From: Promethearchaeota archaeon
GTDB taxonomy: Archaea; Asgardarchaeota; Lokiarchaeia; Sigyniarchaeales; SOKP01
Assembly: GCA_019058365.1 (NCBI GenBank)
Contig: JAHPZE010000008.1
Coordinates: 64,001 to 128,000 of the forward strand
Direction of reading: 5' to 3'
Length of the DNA stretch: 64,000 bases
The notes under the pieces are model-generated. The model was not told the DNA's origin. It worked only from the letters and a program-made list of their open reading frames with translations, and made no database searches. Positions 47,395 through 57,422 of this stretch are shown here, piece by piece. The position numbers and the translations under genes were made by a program. How positions within the stretch are numbered: position 1 is the stretch's first letter; each line of letters opens with the position of its first letter.

Positions 47395-49840
47395 ATTTTT
47401 TTCTCCTCCTTTTTCTCATTTTCTCATCCAATTCATCTATATCAATATCTCTTTTTTTTGAACCACGTGACTGTATTATCATCATTATGAAAATCAAGAG
47501 AATAATCCCGATTGAAGCGACATTCACGAGTGTTGAAATCCATCCGGGCATTTCAAAATTTGGGATAATAGACGGTAATCCTACTTCAATAAAACCCCAA
47601 AAACTTAATAAAAATTCTACAATTATGATTTTAGCAAAATATTCATCAATCATTTTACCTAATGTTGATACTATACCTTTGCCAATTTTAACACTAGTTT
47701 TTGGGGTTAAAGGATATATGAAATTATCTTTAAAGGCTTCAATAATTTTGTAATCTTCTTTATCACTTCTGGTCGATTCTGATGGTTCTAATGTACTTGT
47801 ATATTCTACTGTAATTTTCCTTATGAAAATATTAGCAAAATCTTCAACACAGTAGCCTTCATCAATCTGAAATGTACAATCTGAATAATAAATGTATTCG
47901 GGATCATTGATCTCCTTAAATTTTTTTAATGAATGTTTTGGATTGGCTAAAATTTTTAGGAAATTTTTTGAATAAGTGAAATCTGAAAATACTAGATTGT
48001 CTTTATCCCCTCGATCATCTTCAATATCAATGTTGATGTTATTTATTAATGGAATGAAGGTTGTTGGAACCTTATTTAATACTATTAAAAATCGGATTTG
48101 AGTTTGGCTTCTATCCTTTAAAATGATGAATGGGGGATCTCCTGTTTGACCTGTTATTTCTACAAAATTAGAATCCTCAATTTTTTCACCCATTTCTGAA
48201 GTTGTTATATATAATTTGAAGCTCCATGGAATATCTGGTAATTTGAAGATCGAATTTCTAATACTATTCCAATATGCCTCATAATTTTGTTTTACTCCCA
48301 GCATAAATTCCTTTTGGGATTTCAATTTTGACTCAAACTTCATAAAAGATGGGATAAAGAAATTACCAAGCTCTCGCATATCATATTCTATTTTTTGTTC
48401 TATTTTATTTGCTAACTCAATTTTCCTTGCTTTTATTAAGCGTTTTTTTATAATATTATATAATTTATTAAGAGAGTCTAAGTTTTCAGGGCTATATTTA
48501 GCAATCTGTTTTAAATTATCTCCGTAGATCTTTCGATATAACTCTTGATCATGCATTTTTAGGAACTTTAGTTGTTGAATGAAGTGCCATACACTACCAA
48601 AATTACGTAGAATTACAATCTTGTTATATTTTGAGACAATGATATAACGATTATCGGGAGTGATTTTAATATTTTTTACAAAATTTAATCCTTTTACTTG
48701 AACCTCTTTTGTTTTGTGTTTTATATTTTCTTCATGTATATTCATGTAATAATGCATATCTATGCTTCTTATCCAGTTAAATTCATTTAAATCCCAGATT
48801 TTGATAGTATCATCTTTAGCAACTGACATCAAATAATTATCATCGGTTTGAACATCTATAGTTAGAACTGCTTCAGAATGTCCCATGAGTTCCTTCTTTT
48901 TGGTATACAAATTTGAATTGATTCTTTCCCAGATAGTTATCGTAGTGTCGGTAGAAGAAGTTGCGATCCATTTACCATTTTTGATAATGCTTATATCTGT
49001 TATTGCGCCATCATGTTCCCCTATTAATACAGCATCTGTTTCTGTCGAAATATTCCACAATTTTACCTTTCCATCTTTGGAACCCGTGATTATAAAATGT
49101 TCTTCCAAATCTCTGTTGATCGTCATTTTTGTAATCCAAACATCATTTGTCCCAATGATTTTTGTTTCTTCGTTTTTAGAAATCACTCCTGAATCATCTA
49201 TGGAAATTCTCATTTCATTTAATGTGTTATCATCAGTTTTATTTTTCCATATTGTAGTATATATGTTATTTAATACAAAATAAATATGAAGCAAACTATT
49301 CTGATTTAGATTTTTTTGAATCTTAATATCAAAAATAGATTTTGGATATTGCTTGGGGTCTTCACTTCCTCCAGTAAAGATAAATGATTTATAGTTTTTA
49401 AAATCCCATTTTCTTGTACCTGGTGTAAATTTAAAGCACCAAATGTATATATCTCCAATTATACTCCCAGCACATATTACCCACCAGTTAATATTTCCTA
49501 TTTCCACAACCGCAGAATCGATGCATAAAAGCCAATTTGTGACATTTGTAAATGCATTGTTCCTTTTGTCTGCTTGAAGGATTATTTCTGGCTTAGTTTC
49601 ACCCTCTAGTAGTTCATCGATACTCCACACAATTAAATATGGATCTTCATGTTCTTCGCATGCGGAGCAAGATATTAAGAATTTTCCATCAGGGCTTATT
49701 TCAATGTCTCTCACTTCAAGTTTATGCTGTGATAATACAGTTTCGATTGCTTTTTTAGAGATTTTTGCTTCGCTAGAGATTTTTTCGTCATTATCTTTCT
49801 TAGAAATTTTACTATCGATGGACGATGTTTCCATTTTCAT
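47381..49840 (-). CDS. WD40-repeat protein with two C-terminal TM helices
   Basis: ITGSKDGKVKLWN, GEHDGAITD...DTTITIWE, GHSEAVLT...DDTIKIWD; two hydrophobic segments and basic tail. Confidence 0.85.
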   Translation of the reverse strand: MKMETSSIDSKISKKDNDEKISSEAKISKKAIETVLSQHKLEVRDIEISPDGKFLISCSACEEHEDPYLIVWSIDELLEGETKPEIILQADKRNNAFTNVTNWLLCIDSAVVEIGNINWWVICAGSIIGDIYIWCFKFTPGTRKWDFKNYKSFIFTGGSEDPKQYPKSIFDIKIQKNLNQNSLLHIYFVLNNIYTTIWKNKTDDNTLNEMRISIDDSGVISKNEETKIIGTNDVWITKMTINRDLEEHFIITGSKDGKVKLWNISTETDAVLIGEHDGAITDISIIKNGKWIATSSTDTTITIWERINSNLYTKKKELMGHSEAVLTIDVQTDDNYLMSVAKDDTIKIWDLNEFNWIRSIDMHYYMNIHEENIKHKTKEVQVKGLNFVKNIKITPDNRYIIVSKYNKIVILRNFGSVWHFIQQLKFLKMHDQELYRKIYGDNLKQIAKYSPENLDSLNKLYNIIKKRLIKARKIELANKIEQKIEYDMRELGNFFIPSFMKFESKLKSQKEFMLGVKQNYEAYWNSIRNSIFKLPDIPWSFKLYITTSEMGEKIEDSNFVEITGQTGDPPFIILKDRSQTQIRFLIVLNKVPTTFIPLINNINIDIEDDRGDKDNLVFSDFTYSKNFLKILANPKHSLKKFKEINDPEYIYYSDCTFQIDEGYCVEDFANIFIRKITVEYTSTLEPSESTRSDKEDYKIIEAFKDNFIYPLTPKTSVKIGKGIVSTLGKMIDEYFAKIIIVEFLLSFWGFIEVGLPSIIPNFEMPGWISTLVNVASIGIILLIFIMMIIQSRGSKKRDIDIDELDEKMRKRRRKKYGSK

Positions 49841-50078
49841 TACTTTGATAAGATATATTTTGAATTATTTTATTAGATTTGTTATTATATGAAAGCAAAC
49901 ATATAAAAATTCTTAAGCTTCATTACTTCTACTAATCAATGAATAGAATCAAAATTTCAAAATTTCTAATTTTTTCTTTTTTTTATAGATTCTGAGAGTT
50001 AATCACAGTTATTATAAAAATACTTATCAAAATGTTATTATTTCTACTTTAATTCTTCAAATTTAAAAATACTTTGAA

Positions 50079-50636
50079 ATGAAAAAAATGCCAATTATAA
50101 TGCCATGTCCAAGAACTGGAAAAAAACCACAGATTCATGAGTCTGTATATATTGCACCAACTGCTGTTATCATTGGAGATGTAACAATTGGAGAATTGAG
50201 TAATATTTGGTTTGGCGCTGTTTTAAGAGGAGATTCAGGACCTATCAGGATCGATAAAAATACAAGCATCCAAGAAAATGTTACTATTCATATGGAAATG
50301 GGAACATCAGTTACTATTGGGTCAGAATGCATAATCGGGCATCATGCGATGATTCATGGGCCAATATCTATAGGAAATGGCTGTTTGATTGGTATTGGTA
50401 GCAATGTACTTCATAACACTAAAATGAATGACGGATCTATGATTGCTGCAGGTGCGGTAACTACTAATAAAGAAATACCTAGAAGACAGTTATGGGCCGG
50501 TGTACCAGCAAAATTCTTAAAAGAATTTCCAGAAGAAGAAGAATTCATTGGTAAGAAAACTTCGGGAGACTATGCGGACAGGGGTAAAAAGTTTAAAGCA
50601 TTTTTTGAGCAGAATCCAAAATATAGTCATTTATAA
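50079..50636 (+). CDS. Gamma-carbonic anhydrase family (left-handed beta-helix) protein
   Basis: IAPTAVIIGDVTIG, NIWFGAVLRGD, IQENVTIH, IGHHAMIHG. Confidence 0.92.
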   Translation: MKKMPIIMPCPRTGKKPQIHESVYIAPTAVIIGDVTIGELSNIWFGAVLRGDSGPIRIDKNTSIQENVTIHMEMGTSVTIGSECIIGHHAMIHGPISIGNGCLIGIGSNVLHNTKMNDGSMIAAGAVTTNKEIPRRQLWAGVPAKFLKEFPEEEEFIGKKTSGDYADRGKKFKAFFEQNPKYSHL

Positions 50637-50660
50637 AAAATGAGTTAATACTCTATTTTC

Positions 50661-51401
50661 TCATCCTGAACAGATACACTTTTCACTTTTAACAATTTCG
50701 ATTATATTGAATCTTAAATCTATAAGATTAACCATTAGAATTTTATTTTCCAAGTTTGGAAGCCCTAAAGCCGTTTTTATTACTTCTAACGCTTCCAATG
50801 TTCCCAAAATTCCTGGAGTAACCCCAATTACGGGTAAGGGACCCTCATTTGGGGGAGTTTCAAGTGGTTTAGGAAAAACACATTGATAACAAGCTGTTTC
50901 TTTTGGATTGATAGTAATAATTTGACCGTAAAAATCCTTTATTCCAGCAATCACACATCGTAAATTACTCTCAATAGCAATTTTATTAACCAAAAATTTT
51001 GTTTTAAAGTTATCACTGCAATCTACTATAAAATCATAATTTTTCTCCTTAAGATATTTCTGAATGGAATCCTCATCAACATAGTCTTTATAAGTGTTAA
51101 TTTTAACGTCTGAATTAAGTTTCGATAATACTTCTTTTGCCGATTTTACCTTATCCTCTCTAATTTGGGTTTCATTGTAAAGGATTTGCCTTTGCAAATT
51201 TGAGATATCTACAACATCATTATCAATTATGGTTAACTCGTTTATTCCTGCAGCTGTGAGGTATAAAGCAAATGGTGAGCCTAAACCTCCCGCTCCAATT
51301 TGTAGAACTTTAATTTTTGATAATTTTTCTTGACCTTCCTCTCCAATTACAGGAGATATAATTTGTCTTGAGTATCTTGCTTTTTGTTTTTCACTTAAAA
51401 T
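50661..51401 (-). CDS. ThiF/MoeB/E1-like adenylyltransferase; probable ATT start at 51401
   Basis: Upstream in-frame LSEKQKARYSRQI...GQEKL...IGAGGLGSP...IDNDVVDISNLQRQ; DCSDNF, CYQC, C-terminal CIC. Confidence 0.9.
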   Translation of the reverse strand: MLSEKQKARYSRQIISPVIGEEGQEKLSKIKVLQIGAGGLGSPFALYLTAAGINELTIIDNDVVDISNLQRQILYNETQIREDKVKSAKEVLSKLNSDVKINTYKDYVDEDSIQKYLKEKNYDFIVDCSDNFKTKFLVNKIAIESNLRCVIAGIKDFYGQIITINPKETACYQCVFPKPLETPPNEGPLPVIGVTPGILGTLEALEVIKTALGLPNLENKILMVNLIDLRFNIIEIVKSEKCICSG

Positions 51402-51407
51402 ATTACA

Positions 51408-51791
51408 TCACTTTTGTATAATTTTTTTTATATTTGATACAAATTCTTCAATCTCGATGAGGATCAAACCTAAATCTACATTTAAGTCAATTAAAGAAAC
51501 TAAAATTGTATTAGGATCTACCTCTACAACTATAAACTGATAATCTTGATATTCCACAGTTAAATTCTTTATTTGATTAAATTCTAAACTTGAAGTAGCG
51601 GTTTCAATTGCTTCAAACATAGTTGCTGCAAGTGCTCCAAATCGTCTTTCATCAATTTCTCTTGGTAATCTTGAAGAAATAAGTAATCCATTACGATTTA
51701 CTAGAGCAGTACCGATAATATCACTAAATTTTTCTAATCTCTCAAGTTCTTCATTGAGATTTTTAGACATTAATTCATTCTTAGAGCTCAT
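51408..51791 (-). CDS. Roadblock/LC7 domain protein
   Basis: IIGTALVNRNGLLISS, FGALAATMF, LGLILIE. Confidence 0.9.
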   Translation of the reverse strand: MSSKNELMSKNLNEELERLEKFSDIIGTALVNRNGLLISSRLPREIDERRFGALAATMFEAIETATSSLEFNQIKNLTVEYQDYQFIVVEVDPNTILVSLIDLNVDLGLILIEIEEFVSNIKKIIQK

Positions 51792-51946
51792 TTTTAGAGT
51801 AAAATTAGATATTCTGAGAAAATTTGATTTAAATGGAATTTAAACTAAAAGCCTTAAAGTTAGAAAATTAGGCAATTATATTTATAATTTTAGAATTGAA
51901 TTATCCTCAACAAAATGAATTATCTAATTATTAAGTAATAAGATTT

Positions 51947-52147
51947 CTATCTATAGAAGGACTTCTTTCCATTAAAACTTCGATATCTGTTGCGAAAACC
52001 TGGTTGTCTGAGTTTGGCTGTATGTCCAAAACCACAACTGGCACAAAATCCTTTTCGGCGGTGATAAGAGTGTTTTCCACATCGTCGGCAAGTTTTATGA
52101 CTTGCTGCTTTATTCTTCTTTCCCTTACTAGGTGTTCCTTTTCCCAT
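51947..52147 (-). CDS. rpl37e: 50S ribosomal protein L37e
   Basis: [26 protein letters not shown]...CASCGFG. Confidence 0.96.
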   Translation of the reverse strand: MGKGTPSKGKKNKAASHKTCRRCGKHSYHRRKGFCASCGFGHTAKLRQPGFRNRYRSFNGKKSFYR

Positions 52148-52164
52148 TTCCAATCATCTCTTAT

Positions 52165-52473
52165 CTATATATCTTCAATCTCTTCTCTATGCATTAATTT
52201 CTCCTCATTATCTTGAGCGAAAATTAATTTCTCTCGATCTTGACCAATGAAAATTATACTACCGCCTCGTATAAAAACTTCCCCTAAATCTTTACTTCTC
52301 TTCCCACCTCGACCAAAATAGATTTCTTTAGCATCTTTAACTATTAGATTCATGTAATTATCAAATTTAATAAGCTTCCCTGTTAAGTACGTATTCCAGA
52401 TTTTTAATTTAATACGAACCTCTGGTTTTAAAATAGCTTTACTTAGTGTACGTGATATGGTGGGTTGAGACAT
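52165..52473 (-). CDS. Sm-like archaeal protein (SmAP/LSm)
   Basis: GKLIKFDNYMNL (Sm1), GEVFIRGGSIIFI (Sm2); adjacent to L37e as in many archaea. Confidence 0.9.
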   Translation of the reverse strand: MSQPTISRTLSKAILKPEVRIKLKIWNTYLTGKLIKFDNYMNLIVKDAKEIYFGRGGKRSKDLGEVFIRGGSIIFIGQDREKLIFAQDNEEKLMHREEIEDI

Positions 52474-52590
52474 GAATTTAAAATCATCTCAAAATTATTC
52501 TTTGATACTTATTGAATAGAAGGGTTAAATAAATATTTTTTTAAATATTTCAAGATTTAGAACTATAGGATTTTAAGATAATATTTTAAT

Positions 52591-53643
52591 TTGCGTTGGG
52601 TAAATATGATAAAAATCGCTTATTTTGATGCTTCTGTAGAAACTCCAGAAGAGATCATTCTTGCTGGTGATATGACCCCAATTCGACTGTTTGGAAATCC
52701 AACAATAGGAATAGATAAAGCAAATGAACACGTACCTCCAAATCATTGTGTTTGGGCAAGAAATATACTCCAACAAGCTATAGAAGGGTTTAAAGACGAT
52801 TTCCAGGGTATAATCACTTCTCACGGGTGTGATTGCACTAATCGCGAATTCGATATATGGTTAGAATGTATAGATTTACCATTTTTATTCTTTCTGAATG
52901 TTCCATTGAAAAGAAATGAAATAGCTTTAAAATTCTTTATTGATGATATGAAAGAATTGATTTCTCAGTTAGAAGAAACGTTTAATATAAATATTACCTC
53001 CGAGAAAATAAGTAAAGCTATCAAAAAGATGAACCAAATCAGGGATTTATTGAGAGATATTTCAGAATATAGAATAAAAATGACTTTAAAAGGTTCTGAA
53101 TTTCATGCGTTAGTTAAGGGAGTACAACAAATGGATAAAGATAAAGCTTTAAATATGCTGGAAACGAAGCTTAAGCAGTTAAAGACAAATAAACCATTTT
53201 TGGATAAAAACTTAAAGAAAGTTTTGTTAACAGGTTCAGTAATAGATGATACAGAGTTCATTAGATTTCTTGAAAAGCTCGGATTTCAAATTATAATAGA
53301 TGATTTATGTATCGGAACTAAATATTTTTGGGATAATGTAGATGAAACTGAAGACCCTATTTATGCTCTAGCCAAATATCATTTAAATAAGCCTATATAT
53401 TCTACAAAATTTCCTTCATATAAAAGGTTTGAAACACTTAATTTCTTGGCGAAAAAATATAATGTTGATGGTGTCATAAATATTGCTCAAAAATTTTGTG
53501 AACCAATCCTATATTCACATCCATATTTTAGTAAAAAATTTAAAGAATTAGAAATTCCATATTTGTTTGTTGAAATGGAATATAATAGAGAATCATATAA
53601 ACAATTAGCAACGAGATTTGAAGCATTTGCAGAAATAATTTAG
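52591..53643 (+). CDS. 2-hydroxyacyl-CoA dehydratase / benzoyl-CoA reductase subunit (HGD-D family)
   Basis: PEEIILAG, NHCVWAR, HGCD, DDLCIGTKYF, KFCEP, TRFEAFAE; ATG at 52606 is an alternative start. Confidence 0.88.
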   Translation: MRWVNMIKIAYFDASVETPEEIILAGDMTPIRLFGNPTIGIDKANEHVPPNHCVWARNILQQAIEGFKDDFQGIITSHGCDCTNREFDIWLECIDLPFLFFLNVPLKRNEIALKFFIDDMKELISQLEETFNINITSEKISKAIKKMNQIRDLLRDISEYRIKMTLKGSEFHALVKGVQQMDKDKALNMLETKLKQLKTNKPFLDKNLKKVLLTGSVIDDTEFIRFLEKLGFQIIIDDLCIGTKYFWDNVDETEDPIYALAKYHLNKPIYSTKFPSYKRFETLNFLAKKYNVDGVINIAQKFCEPILYSHPYFSKKFKELEIPYLFVEMEYNRESYKQLATRFEAFAEII

Positions 53644-53658
53644 AGGGTGTAAGGAAAA

Positions 53659-54918
53659 TTGTCAAAAGTAAAAAAAAGTGGTAAGATGTTAAATGCAACA
53701 AATAAATTAAAGAACGAGATGGGAAGGCATTTTTTAGCAATTGAACAAGCTTACAGAGATGGTAAGCCTACCGCTTGGGCAACAGCAGGTACACCCGTCG
53801 AATTCTTATATACTATGGATGTACAACCAATGTTACCGGAAAATTCAGCAACCATTTCGGCAGCTTTAAAGAAATCTCAAAACTTTATAGAAATCGCAGA
53901 AGATGAAGGATATTCTTATGATCTTTGTTCATATTTCAAAACTAATGTTGGTGCTGTAGTAAGTCAGGCAGAAATGAGTGTAGGTGGAACAAGAAAACCA
54001 TCTTTTATGTTATCCAGTGACGTAATTTGTGATACTCATGTTAATTGGTTTCAAGTACAAGCAGAAAGATTCAATGTTCCTCATTTTACTATTGATGTCC
54101 CTCATGTCGTAAGTAATACAACCAACAGACAACGAGAATATTTTAAGAAATATATAATTGAACAGCTTTGGGAATTATTAGATTTTATTACAGAGGTAAC
54201 TGGTCACGAATATAATCCGGAAAAGGGAAAAGAGGTCGCAATAAATTCTTTTGAAATGGGAAAGATTTGGCAAGATGTTTTTGAGTTAAGAAAAAATATT
54301 CCTTGTCCTGTATCTACAAGAGATACATTTGGAGGATTATTTCCTTTGTTTACGATGACTGGATTAAAATCTCCTATAAAATTGTATAAAAGAATGTATA
54401 AAGAAGCAAAAGAACGTGTAGATAATGGAATTGGAGCATTAGAACAAGAAGATTTCAGGTTAATGTTTGAAGGTATCCCTTTTTGGTATAATTTAAAATT
54501 CTTTTCAAACTTAGAACGATGGAATGCAATTATTGTTTATGAACCTTATGTTTATGCTTTCACGAAATACACAAACCCAAATGTCACAAAAGAGATGGTT
54601 GTTAACAAACCTGTTGAAACAATGGCTGAATTAGTGTTAAGTTTTTGGTATATTTATGATTTAAAAACAAGGGTAGAAATGTTCAAAGAAACAGTAAAAG
54701 ATTGGAAAATAGATGGTGTTATACTACATGATAACCTATCATGCCGCCCCAACGCATGTGGAATGTATGATTTAAAGCGTAAATTAATGGATGAAGCAGA
54801 TATTCCTTCTCTTGTTATTACTAGTGATATGAATGACCCACGTAAGATGAACGAAACACAAGTTCTCAATCAAATCGAAAGTTTTGTAGAAATTCTTAGA
54901 AAAAGAAAGAAAAGATGA
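53659..54918 (+). CDS. 2-hydroxyacyl-CoA dehydratase / benzoyl-CoA reductase subunit (HGD-D family)
   Basis: PVEF...PENSA, YSYDLCSY, ICDTHVNWF, EGIPFW, SCRP, IESFVE. Confidence 0.88.
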   Translation: MSKVKKSGKMLNATNKLKNEMGRHFLAIEQAYRDGKPTAWATAGTPVEFLYTMDVQPMLPENSATISAALKKSQNFIEIAEDEGYSYDLCSYFKTNVGAVVSQAEMSVGGTRKPSFMLSSDVICDTHVNWFQVQAERFNVPHFTIDVPHVVSNTTNRQREYFKKYIIEQLWELLDFITEVTGHEYNPEKGKEVAINSFEMGKIWQDVFELRKNIPCPVSTRDTFGGLFPLFTMTGLKSPIKLYKRMYKEAKERVDNGIGALEQEDFRLMFEGIPFWYNLKFFSNLERWNAIIVYEPYVYAFTKYTNPNVTKEMVVNKPVETMAELVLSFWYIYDLKTRVEMFKETVKDWKIDGVILHDNLSCRPNACGMYDLKRKLMDEADIPSLVITSDMNDPRKMNETQVLNQIESFVEILRKRKKR

Positions 54919-54922
54919 AATA

Positions 54923-55267
54923 TCAGTTTGCAATTTTGACATGTGCATTGGGGGTAATGATTAAATAATTATCTCCTAACCTTCCCATACTACCACCATT
55001 TTCTCGTAGAAAGGACTTTAAATCCTCTATTCGTCTTTTAAGCTCTGAAACATCAACATTCTCAAGAACTTCTTTTGCATTAATAATCAATATTTTTCTT
55101 TTTAGTAATTGGTTCTTTATATCTTCTACTTGGTTAAGATTTGTGAAATCATATTTTCTTATTATAAAATTATGAAGTAATGAAGAATATTCTTTAGAAA
55201 AACCCATTGTTTCTTGTGGAGAGCCTAATAGCTCATTGTCTTCCTTTTTTCCCCAAAGTTTACCCAT
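54923..55267 (-). CDS. sepF: Archaeal cell division protein SepF
   Basis: N-terminal MGKLWG, IKNQL..RKILIIN, ELKRRIEDLK, GGSMGRLGDNYLIITP. Confidence 0.75.
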   Translation of the reverse strand: MGKLWGKKEDNELLGSPQETMGFSKEYSSLLHNFIIRKYDFTNLNQVEDIKNQLLKRKILIINAKEVLENVDVSELKRRIEDLKSFLRENGGSMGRLGDNYLIITPNAHVKIAN

Positions 55268-55382
55268 ATATATAACCTCAATATTTTTTTCTGGAAGGAG
55301 TCTAAAATTCTTATATTCAGTGTATTAATAATCTCTAATAAACATAAATAGAAGAAATATCCAGACGAATATCCAAATAATA

Positions 55383-55422
55383 TTTTAAATATGGATCTTA
55401 TTTTTTAAATATGGATCTTATT
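55383..55422 (+). repeat. Perfect 20-bp tandem duplication spanning the nitroreductase start codon
   Basis: TTTTAAATATGGATCTTATT x2. Confidence 0.85.
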
Positions 55423-55947
55423 AAAAATGATTTTATCGAGTTTATTAAACAGAGAAAAAGCACTAGGAGCTTCATCTATCAGAAAATTGATAAAGAAACA
55501 ATTTTAAATATATTGGAAGGCGCTCGATGGGCACCTTCTGGAAATAATAGTCAACCTTGGCGAGTATGCATAGTTATTCATCCCACTGTTAAAAGAATGC
55601 TTTCGGAGCTCTCTAAATATGGAGGTATTATCGAAGATGCTTATGTTAATTTAGTGATATTCTTGGATCTTGAAAGAGGGTATGATAGAGTAAAAGATAT
55701 TCAAGCTATTGGAGCATTCATGGAAAATCTTCTGTTGGGGATTCATGCACAAGAGGATATTGGGGGTGCATGGATCGGAGAAATTTTAGATCGAAAAGAA
55801 GAAGTTAATGAGATTTTTAAACTTCCAATAAACAAGTTTGAGTTAATGGGCATTATTGCTATTGGGCATATTGATGAAGCTCGAGAAAAAGTACATGCTA
55901 AAGAAAGAGAGAGACGTCCATTAGACGAGTTTGTTGAATGGTATTAA
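55411..55947 (+). CDS. Nitroreductase family protein
   Basis: RKSTRSF, RWAPSGNNSQPW, ENLLL, IGGAWIG. Confidence 0.92.
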   Translation: MDLIKNDFIEFIKQRKSTRSFIYQKIDKETILNILEGARWAPSGNNSQPWRVCIVIHPTVKRMLSELSKYGGIIEDAYVNLVIFLDLERGYDRVKDIQAIGAFMENLLLGIHAQEDIGGAWIGEILDRKEEVNEIFKLPINKFELMGIIAIGHIDEAREKVHAKERERRPLDEFVEWY

Positions 55948-57297
55948 TTATTCGTTTAATACAGAATTTTCTTTTTTCTTCCTTAATTTTTTGTCTTCGA
56001 GTGGTTCGACAAGATAGGGATTGAGGATCTTCATTCCTATAATAAAGAAAGAAATTAATGACCATTCGACAATAATTGAAATGATAAAAGGTGCTTGATG
56101 ACTTATAGTTTCCCATGCGATCCCTCCTAAGAGAGGACCTATTATCATACCTATTGATTCAAAAAGAGTAATCATCCCAAATATCTTTCCTCGATGCTTA
56201 ATCGAGACACGACTAAGGAAATTTATGAAAATAAAGCTAGTTGTTAACATAATGGTCTGGTCGATAATAAGTAAAATAGAAAAAACCCATAAGTTACCTG
56301 AATTAATAATGAGCCATGTAACCACACCTCCAAGAAAACTTGATACAATAACAGTTAAATATGTGTTAAGTTTGTCAGCTAATGTTCCTAATTTAGGTGC
56401 GATTAAAGCCCCGATTAATGCTGTGGGCAAATAAAACCATGCCACTAATTCTGCATTACTATTTATATTTGCAAGTACATAAGTTTGAATATAAGGCCGA
56501 TATAATCCAGAATTAATTGCGGTTAAAAAAAAACCAGAGAATAAGATAATAATTCCTAAAAAATAGAACAAATTTGGTGTTTTTTTTGAAACCTCGTCTG
56601 AAGTTTCTAATTCAGATTCAACTATACTGTTATTCTCTATATTTGGGTATTCAAACTTTTTATTCTCATCTACTTTCCTTGAGAATTGAATTCCTGCATA
56701 AATATTTGAGATCCCGAAGATAGGAATTGCTCCATATATTAAAAAAGCATTATTCGGAATAAAGTAATTCGATAAACTAAAAATTGTAAATCCTATAACC
56801 GTACCAAGAACCATTCCAATCCCTAAGGCAAGTCTTCTCTTTCCAAAAGCTGAAGATCGATGATATTTTGAGGATTTTTCAGAAATTATAGTATCTAAAG
56901 GAGTCCAAAAAATTTGAGCACCCACACCTAAAAGAAATGCACTTATATACATTCCTATTAATGACTGTAAGATTATAGAAGCATAGAGAACAAAATAAGA
57001 TAAACCTCTCCCAAACGCCCCTATCATTACTAAAATTCGCTTCGAAAAACGATCGGTTAAATATCCAATGAAACTTGAACTGATTAAACCTCCAAACGTG
57101 ATAGCTGAAAAAAATAATCCTACATTAGGCGCAGGATATCCTAAGACGAAATAAATATAGTAATTCATTATATATTCTATAAAAAAAAAACCAAGGGAAT
57201 TCCACACTACAATAAATATAACTGAATTGAAATCTGAAGTGAATTTGTGATGCTCAGTTACTGATTGCTTTTTTCCATTCTTTAAAGTTAATCGCAT
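55948..57297 (-). CDS. MFS transporter
   Basis: GYLTDRFSKR, GTLADK, HRGKIFG, IGPLLGG; ~12 TM. Confidence 0.9.
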   Translation of the reverse strand: MRLTLKNGKKQSVTEHHKFTSDFNSVIFIVVWNSLGFFFIEYIMNYYIYFVLGYPAPNVGLFFSAITFGGLISSSFIGYLTDRFSKRILVMIGAFGRGLSYFVLYASIILQSLIGMYISAFLLGVGAQIFWTPLDTIISEKSSKYHRSSAFGKRRLALGIGMVLGTVIGFTIFSLSNYFIPNNAFLIYGAIPIFGISNIYAGIQFSRKVDENKKFEYPNIENNSIVESELETSDEVSKKTPNLFYFLGIIILFSGFFLTAINSGLYRPYIQTYVLANINSNAELVAWFYLPTALIGALIAPKLGTLADKLNTYLTVIVSSFLGGVVTWLIINSGNLWVFSILLIIDQTIMLTTSFIFINFLSRVSIKHRGKIFGMITLFESIGMIIGPLLGGIAWETISHQAPFIISIIVEWSLISFFIIGMKILNPYLVEPLEDKKLRKKKENSVLNE

Positions 57298-57422
57298 AAT
57301 ATCAATTAGGAAAAAAAACCAAGGAAAAAAAGATTTATGTTTATAACTACATTTTTCAATTTATTAACTAACTTAGGAGTACTATTTAATTACTTTTCTC
57401 GTTGTTTTAGATCTACTCAATC

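Noticed and set aside
51399-51410. Selenocysteine or readthrough fusion of roadblock and MoeB-like ORFs (in-frame TGA followed by TGT)
   Set aside because: The TGA is at the natural end of the roadblock domain, not at a Cys-homologous catalytic site; no SECIS recognised; an ATT start gives a typical MoeB N-terminus
52591-54918. Treating this HGD-D pair as part of the PlsA/Ger-like system
   Set aside because: 17 kb away, host-like composition and classical dehydratase/benzoyl-CoA-reductase subunit motifs; likely separate catabolic genes
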